A DNA stretch of 61,014 bases from a virus (Duplodnaviria; Caudoviricetes), in the IMG/VR virus record IMGVR_UViG_3300043567_000426, positions 1 to 61,014 of that record. One strand, written 5' to 3'. Each line of letters starts with the position of its first letter. Position 1 is the stretch's first letter. This document shows, one piece after another, positions 31,594 through 42,238 of the stretch. The notes under the pieces were generated by a model. That model saw only the letters and a program-made list of their open reading frames with translations, ran no database searches and was not told where the DNA came from. The translations under genes and the position numbers were made by a program.

Positions 31594-34500
31594 ATGTGCG
31601 GTAAGGGCTCTTCTGGCGGCGGCGGGTTTGGTAGCCTAGCTCCAATTCAGCAATCAACTACCCAAGCCTCTCCGCAGGCTATTCAAGCCTACACCAAGGC
31701 TTTAGGTCTTGCTGATGTTGCCGCTGCGCAGCCCTTCCAGAAATATAGCACAGATCCAAATGCTTTCGTTGCGCCTCTGACAGGAACGCAGCAACAAGCT
31801 ATTGGCGGTCTTTATGGCGCCCAAGGCGCTTATCAGCCTTATTATCAAGCCGCAGGCGCTTTGACGGGCGCAGCTGGGACGACATCAACGCCACAAGTTG
31901 TCGGCCAATATATGAACCCGTTCATGCAGCAAGTTGTGAATCCTGTTCAACAGGCGCTTCAACAGCAACAAGGCCAGCAACTTGCCCAGCAACAGGCTGA
32001 AGCTATCAAGGGCGGCGCCTTCGGCGGCGAGCGCGCTGGATTGCAGCGTCAAGTTCTACGCGGCCAACAGCAACTGGGCATGGGCCAAGCTCTTAGCCCT
32101 CTTTACCAGACAGGTTATGGACAGGCGCTGCAAGCGGCGCAGGGCGATCTTTCGCGTCAATTACAGGCTGGGCAGGCTCTTGGGGCGCTTGGCACAGGCG
32201 CTCAGACGGCGGCTCTTCAAGCTCCGCAGGCCCTTCTTGGCGCTGGGACATTAGAGCAGCAAACGCAGCAAGCCGGTTTGTCGGCGCTCTATAATCAGTT
32301 CCTGCAAGAGCGCGCTTATCCTTATCAGCAAGCTCAATTCTATTCCAATATCGCCGGCGGTCTTGGGCCGCTTCTTGGCCAGCAAACATTTCAATCACAA
32401 GCTCAAAATCCTTTTGGCATGTTCCTGTCAGAGCCGGGCGCCAAAATGGGCGTCGATGGCCGGCCAGAAGCGGCTATGGGAGGCGAGCAAGATCGATCGC
32501 AGCCTGACGTTGTCGGCAAGACTTTTGATGATCAAAATATCTATGCCTATCGCTATAAGGATGGCAGCCCAGCGCAGCTTGGCCTTATGGCTGATGAGGT
32601 GCAGAGAGCGCATCCAGAAGCTGTTGGCTATGCGCCTACAGGCGATCGCATGGTTGACTATGCGGCTGCCACTGATGCGGCTGCGCGTATGGGCGGCGCT
32701 GTAAAAGATACAGGCGACTATGCCCGTGGCGGTTACGCCATCGGCGGCCATCTTTCTTATATTGATCCATCAGACCCTTCAGCTGCCGATCGTCGCCGCA
32801 TGGAGGCGCTTATCGCCAGCCATAAGGGCGGCTTATCTGGCGCAGCTTCTGAATATGGCCCAAGCGGTCAATCCTATGTGACCCAGAAGACATATGTCCC
32901 AGAGGGCAAGGTTCGCGCTGGGCAGCAATTAGAGCATGCTAGATTTTCTGCGCCTCAACAGCAAGGCGGCCTTGGCAGCGCATTGGCTACTGGCGAAAAG
33001 TTGGGCAGCCTTCTGAGCAAGGGCTATGAAGCTTATAATAAATATAAATCATCTGGCTCGACTGACGGCGAACATGCAAGAGCCGCTGGCGGTATTGTCC
33101 CTACTTCTTACATACCAGAAGAAATTACTGGTGAGGTTAGAGCATCTCAACCGCTTAGACCGGCAGAATTTGCCGAAAGGGGGCAGGATAAAGAAGGCGG
33201 CCTTAGTAAATTAATGGGCGTTGGTGAGAAGGCGCTTGATATTGGTATTAAATATGGCCCTCTTTTAGCCAAGGGCGCCACGATGCTTGCGTCTATGTCT
33301 GAGCCGCGCATGAAAACAGGCGTCCGTTCTAGCTATGCTGAAGGCGGCGAATCAAACTTTATCGATAATTTGATCAATGCGCTTTCCGGCCACGGCTATA
33401 TAACTGGAGAGACTTGGGAACGCCCAGAGCGCCCACAGCGCGAAGTCGCCACAAGAGAGCCTATGGAGCTTCATCCTGCCGCTCGATCAAAAGGCGTTGT
33501 TCCAAGTATCAGCCCAGAGCAATATCGTTATGAAAGGCGCATGGCTGAACGCAACATGGCTCCAAGACTGACTGAGGAGCAATATCAGCAAGAGTTGGAA
33601 ATGGGGCGCAACAATATGCGCATTGAAAGGCCAATGATTGCTGGCGCAACTGGTATCGTGCCGTCAAATAGATTTACGCCAGATCTAGATCGTGAATTGG
33701 CTATGGGCCGCCATAATATGCAGTATCCAACGCTCTCTGAAGAGCTTGCGATGGGTCGCCGCAATCTTGAATATCCGACGCTTGCTGAAGAGTTTGAAAT
33801 GGGGCGCCGCAATTTAGCGCCTTCGCTTACTGAAGAAGAAGCCGATAGAGAACTTGCGATGGGCCGTCAGAACATGATGTCTCATGGCGGTCGAACGGGA
33901 TATGCGACGGTAGGCGGCGTAAGGCCATCAAATGAAGATGATATCTTTGAAAAAGGAATCATTGGAGCCGAATCGCGCGGCCGTCAGTTTGACAGAGAAG
34001 GGCGCCCATTAACGTCTTCAGCTGGCGCTATTGGTATTGCGCAAGTTATGCCCGGCACGGCGCCAGAAGCTGCAAAGCTTGCTGGCTTAGAATATGATCC
34101 TGTCCGTTACCGCACTGACCCAGAATATAACAAAGCTTTAGGCAAAGCTTATTTCAATAAGCAGCTAGAGACTTTTGGATCAGAAGATAAAGCGGCGGCC
34201 GCATATAACGCCGGCCCTGGCGCATTGCAGAAAGCTCTTGCTCGCGCAGAGCGCGAAGGCGGCGATTATCTATCTTATCTCCCTGCGGAAACGCGCGCAT
34301 ATGTGCCAAAGGTTATGGGACTTGCTGGCGCGCGTGGTGAAGGCGAAGGCGTTTCAAGGATTACGCCAGAATCAGTGGCTCGCGCTAAATCTGGATTAAG
34401 TCTAGACCGTATGGCTGGCAACTTTACGCCAGAGCAACGCCGCATGATGGCGCTTGACGAATCTTCTCGTAAAGAAGGTATTGGGGCGGCAAAAGAAGGC

Positions 34501-35721
34501 GATTTAGGCGATTATCTTACAAGCGAAGAGTTCTTGATTCCTGCGCTTACAGGTCTTGGCACAGCTGCAACAACGATGCTTGGAGCGCCTACCACTAGCG
34601 TAGGGTCTGCTATTGGCATGGGTCTTGGCGCAGGAACTGTTGCTGGCGCACAGCAAGTATTGGCTACTAAAGCCAAGCAGGCTGAGATTGAGAAAGCCAA
34701 GCAAGAAGCTGGTAAAATAGGTCAGGAAGCCAAAAAGATTGGCGGGATTGATACTGAAAGAGTTCAAGCTGAAATTGATCAAATTCGCGCTGGACTTTAT
34801 CAGACTGTCGTTGTTCCTGGCGAAGGCGTTCTTCTCTTCGATAAGAACAATCCTTATGCCGGTTATACAAAAATTATGGAAGCTGATGGAACGCCTGTCC
34901 CAGGCAAAGAGCATCTTGCAGAAGCTGCTAAACAATCTGGCGCTCCAACAACTTCTCCTACATCGGCTCCTTTACAATCTTGGGAAACGCCAACAGTTAC
35001 AAATATACCCGCTAATTATAGGCCAGCGGGACAGGCTCCATTAGCACTTGATCCTGTTGCCGCTGAAGAGGCAAAAACACGAGGATATCAAGAAGCTGAA
35101 AAAGCGAGAGCTCTTGGATCAGACGCGTCACGCCAAATGATGCGTATTACAGAGATGGAAGAGGCTGTTAAAAATCTAGAATCTCCAAAGGGCGGCTGGC
35201 TTACAAAGCAAGGGCCGTGGGCTGAAAGCAGATTAAATATAGCTAAAAATATTAACTTTTTAACCTCTGCTATAACGGGTAAAGAGGCGCTTCCAGCTGA
35301 CGAAATAGCGTCAATGGAGGTTCTTAACAAAGATGCATTTAGACTTGGCTCTTCTGCAATTTCAGCTTTGTCAGGGCATCCTGCTGCATCAATAGTGCAG
35401 CAATCCGTTGTGGCGACTCCAAGCCTAGCAAATACAAGAATGGGCTATCAAAGGCTTCTTTCGGGTCTGAAAATGGCCGCTCAATATGAAAGAGATCGCG
35501 GCGCGTTTTTTAGTAATTACTACAATAAATTCCATAATACGCAGCAAGCCCAAGAACTATTTGATGAGTTAAACCCTCCTCAAAAATACGCTCAAAAGGC
35601 AATTGCTGCTGTAGTTCTTCCGGCGCATCTTGAAGCGTTAAAGAAATACGGGCCAAATATAAAAGACAAAATTGATGCGATTTATGGGGCTGGCACAACT
35701 AAAGTTTTGATGGGGCAATAA
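31594..35721 (+). CDS. DNA ejection/internal virion protein with S74-like chaperone domain and lytic transglycosylase (SLT) domain
   Basis: Q/A/G-rich N-terminus (YMNPF, GAFGG.R); IY.Y.Y...GLMA.EV...HPEAV...VDY; AES...GAIG..QVMP.TA...AAYNAGPG...ETR.YV. Confidence 0.75.
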   Translation: MCGKGSSGGGGFGSLAPIQQSTTQASPQAIQAYTKALGLADVAAAQPFQKYSTDPNAFVAPLTGTQQQAIGGLYGAQGAYQPYYQAAGALTGAAGTTSTPQVVGQYMNPFMQQVVNPVQQALQQQQGQQLAQQQAEAIKGGAFGGERAGLQRQVLRGQQQLGMGQALSPLYQTGYGQALQAAQGDLSRQLQAGQALGALGTGAQTAALQAPQALLGAGTLEQQTQQAGLSALYNQFLQERAYPYQQAQFYSNIAGGLGPLLGQQTFQSQAQNPFGMFLSEPGAKMGVDGRPEAAMGGEQDRSQPDVVGKTFDDQNIYAYRYKDGSPAQLGLMADEVQRAHPEAVGYAPTGDRMVDYAAATDAAARMGGAVKDTGDYARGGYAIGGHLSYIDPSDPSAADRRRMEALIASHKGGLSGAASEYGPSGQSYVTQKTYVPEGKVRAGQQLEHARFSAPQQQGGLGSALATGEKLGSLLSKGYEAYNKYKSSGSTDGEHARAAGGIVPTSYIPEEITGEVRASQPLRPAEFAERGQDKEGGLSKLMGVGEKALDIGIKYGPLLAKGATMLASMSEPRMKTGVRSSYAEGGESNFIDNLINALSGHGYITGETWERPERPQREVATREPMELHPAARSKGVVPSISPEQYRYERRMAERNMAPRLTEEQYQQELEMGRNNMRIERPMIAGATGIVPSNRFTPDLDRELAMGRHNMQYPTLSEELAMGRRNLEYPTLAEEFEMGRRNLAPSLTEEEADRELAMGRQNMMSHGGRTGYATVGGVRPSNEDDIFEKGIIGAESRGRQFDREGRPLTSSAGAIGIAQVMPGTAPEAAKLAGLEYDPVRYRTDPEYNKALGKAYFNKQLETFGSEDKAAAAYNAGPGALQKALARAEREGGDYLSYLPAETRAYVPKVMGLAGARGEGEGVSRITPESVARAKSGLSLDRMAGNFTPEQRRMMALDESSRKEGIGAAKEGDLGDYLTSEEFLIPALTGLGTAATTMLGAPTTSVGSAIGMGLGAGTVAGAQQVLATKAKQAEIEKAKQEAGKIGQEAKKIGGIDTERVQAEIDQIRAGLYQTVVVPGEGVLLFDKNNPYAGYTKIMEADGTPVPGKEHLAEAAKQSGAPTTSPTSAPLQSWETPTVTNIPANYRPAGQAPLALDPVAAEEAKTRGYQEAEKARALGSDASRQMMRITEMEEAVKNLESPKGGWLTKQGPWAESRLNIAKNINFLTSAITGKEALPADEIASMEVLNKDAFRLGSSAISALSGHPAASIVQQSVVATPSLANTRMGYQRLLSGLKMAAQYERDRGAFFSNYYNKFHNTQQAQELFDELNPPQKYAQKAIAAVVLPAHLEALKKYGPNIKDKIDAIYGAGTTKVLMGQ

Positions 35722-37488
35722 ATGGCAGACAAATATGAAATGCCCCCAGAAGGCTTCACACTTGATCCGATAGGACAAGAGCCTGCTCCTGCGCCTACGC
35801 AGGAGACATCAAAATATGCCGCGCCTCCTGCTAATTTCCAATTGGCCCCTATGCCAGGAGAAGCCGTTAAAAAGCCAATACCTCCTGTCCCGCAAGGCGT
35901 TTTAAGCGCAACGCAAGTTGCGCAATCTGCTTATGAGCACTTGATCCCTAGCGCGATAAAAACAGGCAAAGAGCTTGCTTATCCTTTTATGCATCCACAA
36001 GAGACGCTTGAAGGCGTAAAGACATTAGCATCTGGATTGGCTTCTAAAGCCGGCATACGGGACGATGTAGAATCTGAAAAAGCACTATCTGCAATAGGCG
36101 ATTATTACAAACAGAGATATGGCGGCATTGAAGAAGCCAAGCGCGCGTTCGCTGAAGACCCAGTTGGCGTTGCTTCTGATGTAGCAACAATATTTACAGG
36201 CGGCGGCGGCGCCATGAAGGGCCTTGCAAAAGGCGCTGAATTGGCCGGCATGGCTAGAACCGCGACGGGTCTTGGCAAAGCTGGCGAAATTATTGGTGAA
36301 ACAGGAAGATTAGTAGACCCTGTAACAGCTTCTACTAAGCTTGGAGCAATGGCGGCAGAGCCAATAACAAAAGGCGTAACGCCAGCAATACTATCTTTCA
36401 AAAGCGGTAAAACGATCAAATCTTTGCAAGACGCAGAAGAAGCTGGCGTCACATCAAATCCAGAATTTTGGCGCCATTTTTCTGGAGAGGCAAACCCGCA
36501 AGAAGTTATTGATGCAGTAAAAGACTCTATCAATAAGATAAAAGATGAGCGTAGCCAGCAATATTTTAATTCAAGCCAAGGTTGGAAATCAAGCCAAGCT
36601 CAGTTGGACATGATGCCAACTGTTAATTCTTATATGAAGGAATTAACGGCATATTCTCCCAGCGGCAAAACGCCAATTTATATGCAGGCTCCAATGAAAG
36701 ATATTGGAGAGACGCTTCGGCATTGGGGCGGCTCTAACAAAACAATGTCTGATTTTGATTTCTTAAAAAGAGATCTTGATAAATTATACAATTCTCCAAA
36801 TTTTAGAGGCAACCCAGAAGCCCAAGCTGTTCTTACAAAGGTTAGGAATCAGGCTTGGCAAACCATTGTTGATCATGATCCAAAATATGCTGAGATCATG
36901 AAAAATTATGAAAATGCCACTAAAGAGCTTGGAGAAATAACAAGCGAAGTTGGGACAAATAAAGCAGCTGCAACAACAAGATTGAAGAAGCTTATAAAAG
37001 CAAATGATAAAAAAACAATTGATAGATTGATTCAAGAAAACCCAAATCTTCCCTATATGATTGCTGGCCAAGAACTAAATCCTCTTGTCCCAGAAGGTTT
37101 AAGAGGGGCTCTTTTATCTAGCTTGGCCTATTCTATTCCTGCTATGGCTTTCCACCCTGGCGCTTTTGTTGGCGTTGCTGGCGCAAGTCCTAAAATCGCA
37201 GGCGGTCTGCAATACGGCCTTGGCGCTGCTAGAACTCTTCCAATGCAGGCTGAAAAGATGGCGATACCCCAAGCGACACGCCGCGCAGCTATGGCTGCTG
37301 AACAGCCATTTATGGAAGAAGAACAGCCTGTCGCTCGCGCCACAGGCGGCCGCGTCATGACCGCCGATCGCATGATGTCTATGGCGAAACGTGCTAAAAA
37401 AGAAATTGAAAGCCAAACAAAGGCGCTGCTTGAAGAGCCGGATGAGCATATTGTCAAGGCGCTTAAAGTAGCCAACGAACATATTTAA
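35722..37488 (+). CDS. DNA ejection/internal virion protein
   Basis: Helical, Ala/Gly-rich; follows the large ejection protein; RATGGRV motif near the C-terminus. Confidence 0.6.
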   Translation: MADKYEMPPEGFTLDPIGQEPAPAPTQETSKYAAPPANFQLAPMPGEAVKKPIPPVPQGVLSATQVAQSAYEHLIPSAIKTGKELAYPFMHPQETLEGVKTLASGLASKAGIRDDVESEKALSAIGDYYKQRYGGIEEAKRAFAEDPVGVASDVATIFTGGGGAMKGLAKGAELAGMARTATGLGKAGEIIGETGRLVDPVTASTKLGAMAAEPITKGVTPAILSFKSGKTIKSLQDAEEAGVTSNPEFWRHFSGEANPQEVIDAVKDSINKIKDERSQQYFNSSQGWKSSQAQLDMMPTVNSYMKELTAYSPSGKTPIYMQAPMKDIGETLRHWGGSNKTMSDFDFLKRDLDKLYNSPNFRGNPEAQAVLTKVRNQAWQTIVDHDPKYAEIMKNYENATKELGEITSEVGTNKAAATTRLKKLIKANDKKTIDRLIQENPNLPYMIAGQELNPLVPEGLRGALLSSLAYSIPAMAFHPGAFVGVAGASPKIAGGLQYGLGAARTLPMQAEKMAIPQATRRAAMAAEQPFMEEEQPVARATGGRVMTADRMMSMAKRAKKEIESQTKALLEEPDEHIVKALKVANEHI

Positions 37489-37497
37489 GGATGCGTC

Positions 37498-38301
37498 ATG
37501 ACGACTAAAACAAATCTATCACAGCCGGCATATAACGCGCCTAACTGGAATACGCCGCTCAATTCCAATTTTGGAAATATTGATGACGCATTGGGCAACT
37601 CTACATCAATTTCGGTTACATCTGTCGATGTTACACTTTCAGTTGAACAAGCAAGAAATATGCGAATTGTTCTTTCTGGAACGCTAACAGGCAACAGAGT
37701 TGTAAATCTGCCAAGCAGCACAACTGGCATGTGGATCGTTACTAACGGAACAAGCGGTTCTTATACAGTAACGATAAAAAGCGACGGCGGCGGCGCTACA
37801 GGAACAGTTGTTACGCAGGGCTATTCCACGATCATATTTGCCGCAGTATCTGGCGTTGCCGTTGAAGTCTTTGCAGCCGATAGCGATCGCGTAAAGACAT
37901 CTGGCGATACGATGGTCGGCTCTCTTAACTTGCCCTCCAATGGCCTTAACGTGGGATCTGGGCAGCTTCAAGTAACTGGCGGCAATGTCACTACCAGTGG
38001 CCAGTTCACTGCTACCAGCAACGTCACAGCTTATTCTGATGAGCGCCTAAAAGAAAATATCAAGCCAATTCTAAATGCATTGGCCAAGGTAAATTCAATG
38101 CGCGGCGTTACTTTTAATACGCGCAAGGATGGCGCTCCAGGCGTTGGATTTATTGCACAAGAGATTCAACCGTATATTCCAGAAGCGGTTTACGAAGACT
38201 ATGCTGGTTATCTGCATGTTGCGTATGGCAATATCACAGGTCTTCTTGTTAACGCCATTAACGAATTAACAGAGCGTGTAGAGGCTTTGGAGAATAAATA
38301 A
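37498..38301 (+). CDS. Tail fibre protein with C-terminal peptidase S74 intramolecular chaperone
   Basis: YSDERLKENI...G.IAQE....PEAV...VAYGN..GLL..AI.EL. Confidence 0.8.
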   Translation: MTTKTNLSQPAYNAPNWNTPLNSNFGNIDDALGNSTSISVTSVDVTLSVEQARNMRIVLSGTLTGNRVVNLPSSTTGMWIVTNGTSGSYTVTIKSDGGGATGTVVTQGYSTIIFAAVSGVAVEVFAADSDRVKTSGDTMVGSLNLPSNGLNVGSGQLQVTGGNVTTSGQFTATSNVTAYSDERLKENIKPILNALAKVNSMRGVTFNTRKDGAPGVGFIAQEIQPYIPEAVYEDYAGYLHVAYGNITGLLVNAINELTERVEALENK

Positions 38302-39101
38302 TGACGCTTCCAAGCAGCGGCACAATCACCCTTCTGCAAGTTTATACTGAAGCGCAATTACAGCCGACAAGCGCATGGTATGACAAAGGACCTAACATAG
38401 GCGGTTATCGCGGCTTGCAATGGTGGCAAGATAATACTGTTACTGGGTTCTTTTCTTCCGGCGCATTATCAATGTCGGATTTTTATAGCAAAAGAAGCTT
38501 TAGCCCTGTAACGCCAGGCGCGTATAGATTTTATATTTCTGGATATGATCCAACCCCAGGAGCTCCTGCTGGCGCAACGCTTGTTGCTACTTCTCAAAGC
38601 AGTTCCTTTGTTGTCCCAGTTTATAATATTTTGACTATTAGTGTTTATGGCGGCGCAGGAGGTGGCGCAGGCGGCCAAGGAGGTGGCGGTGGTGAACAGC
38701 CAGGAGGAAACGGCGTAGCTTCAACTTTTGGCTCTAGCACTTGGTATGCTTATGGCGATTATGGTCGCAGAGGGACAATTGGCGGATCTGGGAATAGAGG
38801 CGCTGATGGAACTCCGTTGAGTTCATATCCGGCAGGCGGAAGTGGCGGCTCTGGAGGCGGCGGAAACTTTGCTGCTGGCGGCCCAGGGGGCAATGGCGGC
38901 AAAACATCTTTAATAGTAGCTAATCCTATTTCTGGTGGAGGGTCTGGATATCCATCAGGACCTCCAGTTGGTTCTACAGTTTCTTTTTTTATAGGAAATG
39001 GTGGAGGCGGAGGATCGGGGGCAAGTTCAAACTTTTTCTTCCCAGGCGGCTATAATGGCTCTCCTGGTCAGTGGGGATGGATAGATGTTGTCTGGTCATG
39101 A
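38301..39101 (+). CDS. Gly-rich fibre tip/adhesin-like protein
   Basis: MTLPSSG.I...SMSDFY.K N-terminus, typical after S74 fibres; Gly-rich. Confidence 0.6.
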   Translation: MTLPSSGTITLLQVYTEAQLQPTSAWYDKGPNIGGYRGLQWWQDNTVTGFFSSGALSMSDFYSKRSFSPVTPGAYRFYISGYDPTPGAPAGATLVATSQSSSFVVPVYNILTISVYGGAGGGAGGQGGGGGEQPGGNGVASTFGSSTWYAYGDYGRRGTIGGSGNRGADGTPLSSYPAGGSGGSGGGGNFAAGGPGGNGGKTSLIVANPISGGGSGYPSGPPVGSTVSFFIGNGGGGGSGASSNFFFPGGYNGSPGQWGWIDVVWS

Positions 39102-39206
39102 TGCATCCAGATCATTTCGCGCTCATCATAAAAATTATGAGAGTTGCGCTGATGATCTTTATTGCAATATATGCATTTAAACTTGGCCGCACTGTTTATT
39201 GGATGA

Positions 39207-39689
39207 TCAGTCAACCGACTTAATTGATTGTTGTCTTGCCGGATAATAGCAAATGGCGCCATGCTCTTTGCAATAAGAGCCGTGCTCCTGCGGCTTGCCG
39301 CAAAAGATCATCTCCGGCGCTTCATCTGGCGATATTGGATAGCGGCATGAAAGGCGAGTTAAACCCATAAGATTGACGCTATGATCCTTTGTGTCTATCA
39401 CTTCTGCCTTAAAAACATTTTTCTTTGGCTTTTTAGGTTTAATTACTTTTGCTTTCTTTTCTTTTTTCTCTTTTGCTATTTTTGCTTTAACTACTTTCTG
39501 CACAAAAACATTATTTCTTAATGCGCGGAATTTCTCAAACGGGCGCTTAAATTCATAACCATTTCTCCTCTGACGATTTATAAAACCTAAAATTGAGCAT
39601 CTGGAAACGCCTAGCATCTCGCCTATAGCTTGGCCCGTCATGCCTTGTTCCCAGAGGTCAATAACTTTTTGCTTTTCGTCCTCAGTCAT
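39207..39689 (-). CDS. gcrA: GcrA-family transcriptional regulator
   Basis: N-terminal LW..G.T...I...LGVSR..I.G; C-terminal L..L...SCRYPI...FCG......SYC..H. Confidence 0.8.
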   Translation of the reverse strand: MTEDEKQKVIDLWEQGMTGQAIGEMLGVSRCSILGFINRQRRNGYEFKRPFEKFRALRNNVFVQKVVKAKIAKEKKEKKAKVIKPKKPKKNVFKAEVIDTKDHSVNLMGLTRLSCRYPISPDEAPEMIFCGKPQEHGSYCKEHGAICYYPARQQSIKSVD

Positions 39690-39704
39690 ATCAATATCTC
39701 CATA

Positions 39705-40031
39705 TCAACTAAATTCATTCTCTAGCGAATAAATTAAGGAGCGCCATTTAGTGATCATTACGCCATGAACAGTCAAGGTCTTTGCTCTTGCTACACCAGC
39801 ATGCTCAACAATTTCATTCTTGGCGGCTTTCCTAGCAATGCTGCCCCAAGCCCTATTATCGCCGTTCATAATGATGTCTGTTCTAAATTTGCGAACATCT
39901 TCTGTCGTAAAGAACGGATGATATCTGGCATATTCTACAAAAGCATCATATGCCGAATCTTTCCAATCATCACCGCAATTATCTGCGGCAATCTCAGCCA
40001 TCTCGTGGCCGATCTTTAAGCCCTCATTCAT
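39705..40031 (-). CDS. Hypothetical protein
   Basis: FTTEDVR...RAWG......A...W.S pattern seen in phage proteins. Confidence 0.55.
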   Translation of the reverse strand: MNEGLKIGHEMAEIAADNCGDDWKDSAYDAFVEYARYHPFFTTEDVRKFRTDIIMNGDNRAWGSIARKAAKNEIVEHAGVARAKTLTVHGVMITKWRSLIYSLENEFS

Positions 40032-40246
40032 CTCAAACCTCTATCTCGATTTACACTTTGTCAAAGAGTTACTTACTCTAACGCATTCTACTTTTGATTG
40101 AATGCCATCGCTTTTATAATAATATCCATTTGTATCAATGTTCCTTAAAGGGACGGAACAGGACATTAAACCTAAAGCTAGAATGCCGATTAATAGCCCA
40201 TAGAAGAGCACTTTCTCTATGAATATAATCATGCGGCCTCCTTTGG

Positions 40247-40858
40247 TTACGCATTCACCCTTGTGACTCGCGCATTCCAGCGCGGTGTTTCTACGATAAG
40301 AGTTGGGTCTTTCGCGTCTTGGGTGAGGAAGGTTGTTGCGATCGGCCCTATGCCAAGGGCCATCCAATAACGGGCGCCAGTAGATGGCTTATCGCCCCAT
40401 GATTGAAGGTATGAGAACTTCAATACATCTTGGTAATATACACCAAGAACATTCATTTGTGAAATCTCTTCTTCAAAAGCGACAATCTGAGCGCCATGCC
40501 CTGTCGCTGGCGGCCAGCATTTGAAAAAATCAAATTGCGGGTAATTGATATAATTACCGCCAATGCGCACCATCTCGCCCCAGCCGATCGGCGGGTTCAA
40601 GACCACTTTCTTTCCGCCGGGATAATCATCGCGCCATTCGGCAATGCCAAATCCAGTTCTATATTGATAGAACCATTTATTCAGCCATGTTCCTGCCGAA
40701 TCGTAATTATTGTAAAGCATGCTGTCGCTGCCGACGTCATAGCTAAACACAGACGTAAATGGCGGCACGGTAGAATCTTCGCTGACATAATCAAAACGGC
40801 GAAGCTCGTGCGTTTTAAACAATGGCCAATATGCAGGAACAAAAATATTATTGCTCAT
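40247..40858 (-). CDS. Hypothetical aromatic-rich protein
   Basis: Start re-set to MSNNIF, coupled to the upstream gene. Confidence 0.55.
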   Translation of the reverse strand: MSNNIFVPAYWPLFKTHELRRFDYVSEDSTVPPFTSVFSYDVGSDSMLYNNYDSAGTWLNKWFYQYRTGFGIAEWRDDYPGGKKVVLNPPIGWGEMVRIGGNYINYPQFDFFKCWPPATGHGAQIVAFEEEISQMNVLGVYYQDVLKFSYLQSWGDKPSTGARYWMALGIGPIATTFLTQDAKDPTLIVETPRWNARVTRVNA

Positions 40859-41054
40859 TTTCAGCCTCGATAAGTTCGACTTTTTCTCTAATGATTTTAA
40901 ACCGCGCGCCAATTGTTCTAGCATTTGACTTTCCATCCAAAGCTTCTGCCATCTGGCTATATGTCAAGCCCTGCTTACGCAGATCCAACAGCGTCTCTTC
41001 ATAAGGCGTCAGTCTTGCAGGATCTTTTAAATGATGCGTTACATCAACAGTCAT
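40848..41054 (-). CDS. Small HTH protein
   Basis: LTPYE...LR.QGLTY.QMAE.L, sigma-4/LuxR-like HTH. Confidence 0.55.
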   Translation of the reverse strand: MTVDVTHHLKDPARLTPYEETLLDLRKQGLTYSQMAEALDGKSNARTIGARFKIIREKVELIEAENEQ

Positions 41055-41691
41055 AGTCGCCCTCTCTCTCCAGTTGTTTGCGGCATGGCGGTATCCAGCG
41101 AAGAACAGTTGTCTTTTCTACGTCTGGCAAATGGTCAATATACCAAACGAGCCAGCAATAGCTGGTTGCCGTTGACGCTTTCTTGTCAATGCGCCCTTTG
41201 ACCATTGGCACACGCTCAGAAAACTGCGCGACGATGTCTGGAGGGTTTTTGAGATACATCGTTTGATAGCGCATGCATCCTTCAAGAAAAGATGTGCGCA
41301 CCAACATGGCGACTCCGTCTGTCGCTATTCTTTGCGATTTTTCAATAAATTGCTGCGCTTTATTAAACGGCGGATTGGTAATGATCCAATTAAACAAACC
41401 GCGAGTATCATCAGCGTTAAGAAAATCGCAAATAGCCTTTTGCCCATAGTCATAAATATCTGACTCCGCAACAGCTTTAAAATACTCTTGTAATGGCCGG
41501 GACATAAAGCCCCGATTAACTGCCGGCTCCCATACGTTACAATCAGCAACGCGATCTTTGCCAATAATATGCTCAATAAGAGCTCTTGTCGCCCAGGGAG
41601 GAGTTGGGAAATCGTCCAGGCTATTTTTATCTTCAATGCGTTGAGAGATAACGGCGTTAGATCTATTCCCTAGTGTGTTTGTCACTTTCAT
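41044..41691 (-). CDS. DNA amino-methyltransferase (N6-adenine type)
   Basis: DDFPTP.W, WEPA...G.M, SDI.DYG, ITNPPF catalytic motif. Start uncertain. Confidence 0.8.
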   Translation of the reverse strand: MKVTNTLGNRSNAVISQRIEDKNSLDDFPTPPWATRALIEHIIGKDRVADCNVWEPAVNRGFMSRPLQEYFKAVAESDIYDYGQKAICDFLNADDTRGLFNWIITNPPFNKAQQFIEKSQRIATDGVAMLVRTSFLEGCMRYQTMYLKNPPDIVAQFSERVPMVKGRIDKKASTATSYCWLVWYIDHLPDVEKTTVLRWIPPCRKQLEREGDYDC

Positions 41692-41902
41692 ATACCTCAA
41701 TATCAATAATATCATCGCGTTTCGGAGCGCGAACTACACCTATATCATTTTCTGGCATTACGGGCAATCCTTCGCCGCCCCAGCGGTAAAGCGAAGCATA
41801 TGCCGCATGAGGATAGCCAAGATCTGCTTCATAAACCCAGCCCTTATCCTCAAAGACTTTCTGCCGATGATGCGGCACATAAGCATAAACTTTATCAGCC
41901 AT
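41663..41902 (-). CDS. Hypothetical protein
   Basis: Likely start MADKVYAYV, overlapping the upstream stop. Confidence 0.45.
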   Translation of the reverse strand: MADKVYAYVPHHRQKVFEDKGWVYEADLGYPHAAYASLYRWGGEGLPVMPENDIGVVRAPKRDDIIDIEVYESDKHTRE

Positions 41903-42197
41903 CTTTGCGCTTTCCGCCGCCGTAGACCTTGTAGGACTTGTTATAGTAGTGTCCGTTATGTTGTTCAGCAACTCTATAAATGTGTAAGACAGTAGAATGA
42001 TCGCGCCCAAAAAGACGGCCAATGCGAGCAAAGCTAAAATCTGTTTCTTTCTTGATTCGCCAAATAGCGCGGGTGCGCGCCTGTCGCAAATGAAGATGCG
42101 GGTTTTTTCCGATGATTTCATCTAATGAAACCTTATATTCCGCCGCCACTTCTTTTAATATTTTATGGGCGTAAACTTTAACGGGCTTTTCTTCCAT
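41895..42197 (-). CDS. DnaA domain-IV-like (Bac_DnaA_C) HTH protein
   Basis: AR..A....K.....S...IGR.FGRDHSTVLH signature. Confidence 0.8.
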   Translation of the reverse strand: MEEKPVKVYAHKILKEVAAEYKVSLDEIIGKNPHLHLRQARTRAIWRIKKETDFSFARIGRLFGRDHSTVLHIYRVAEQHNGHYYNKSYKVYGGGKRKDG

Positions 42198-42238
42198 ATC
42201 AATTCTCAAAGGAAAAGGGCGCTTTTGGCGCCCTAGTA

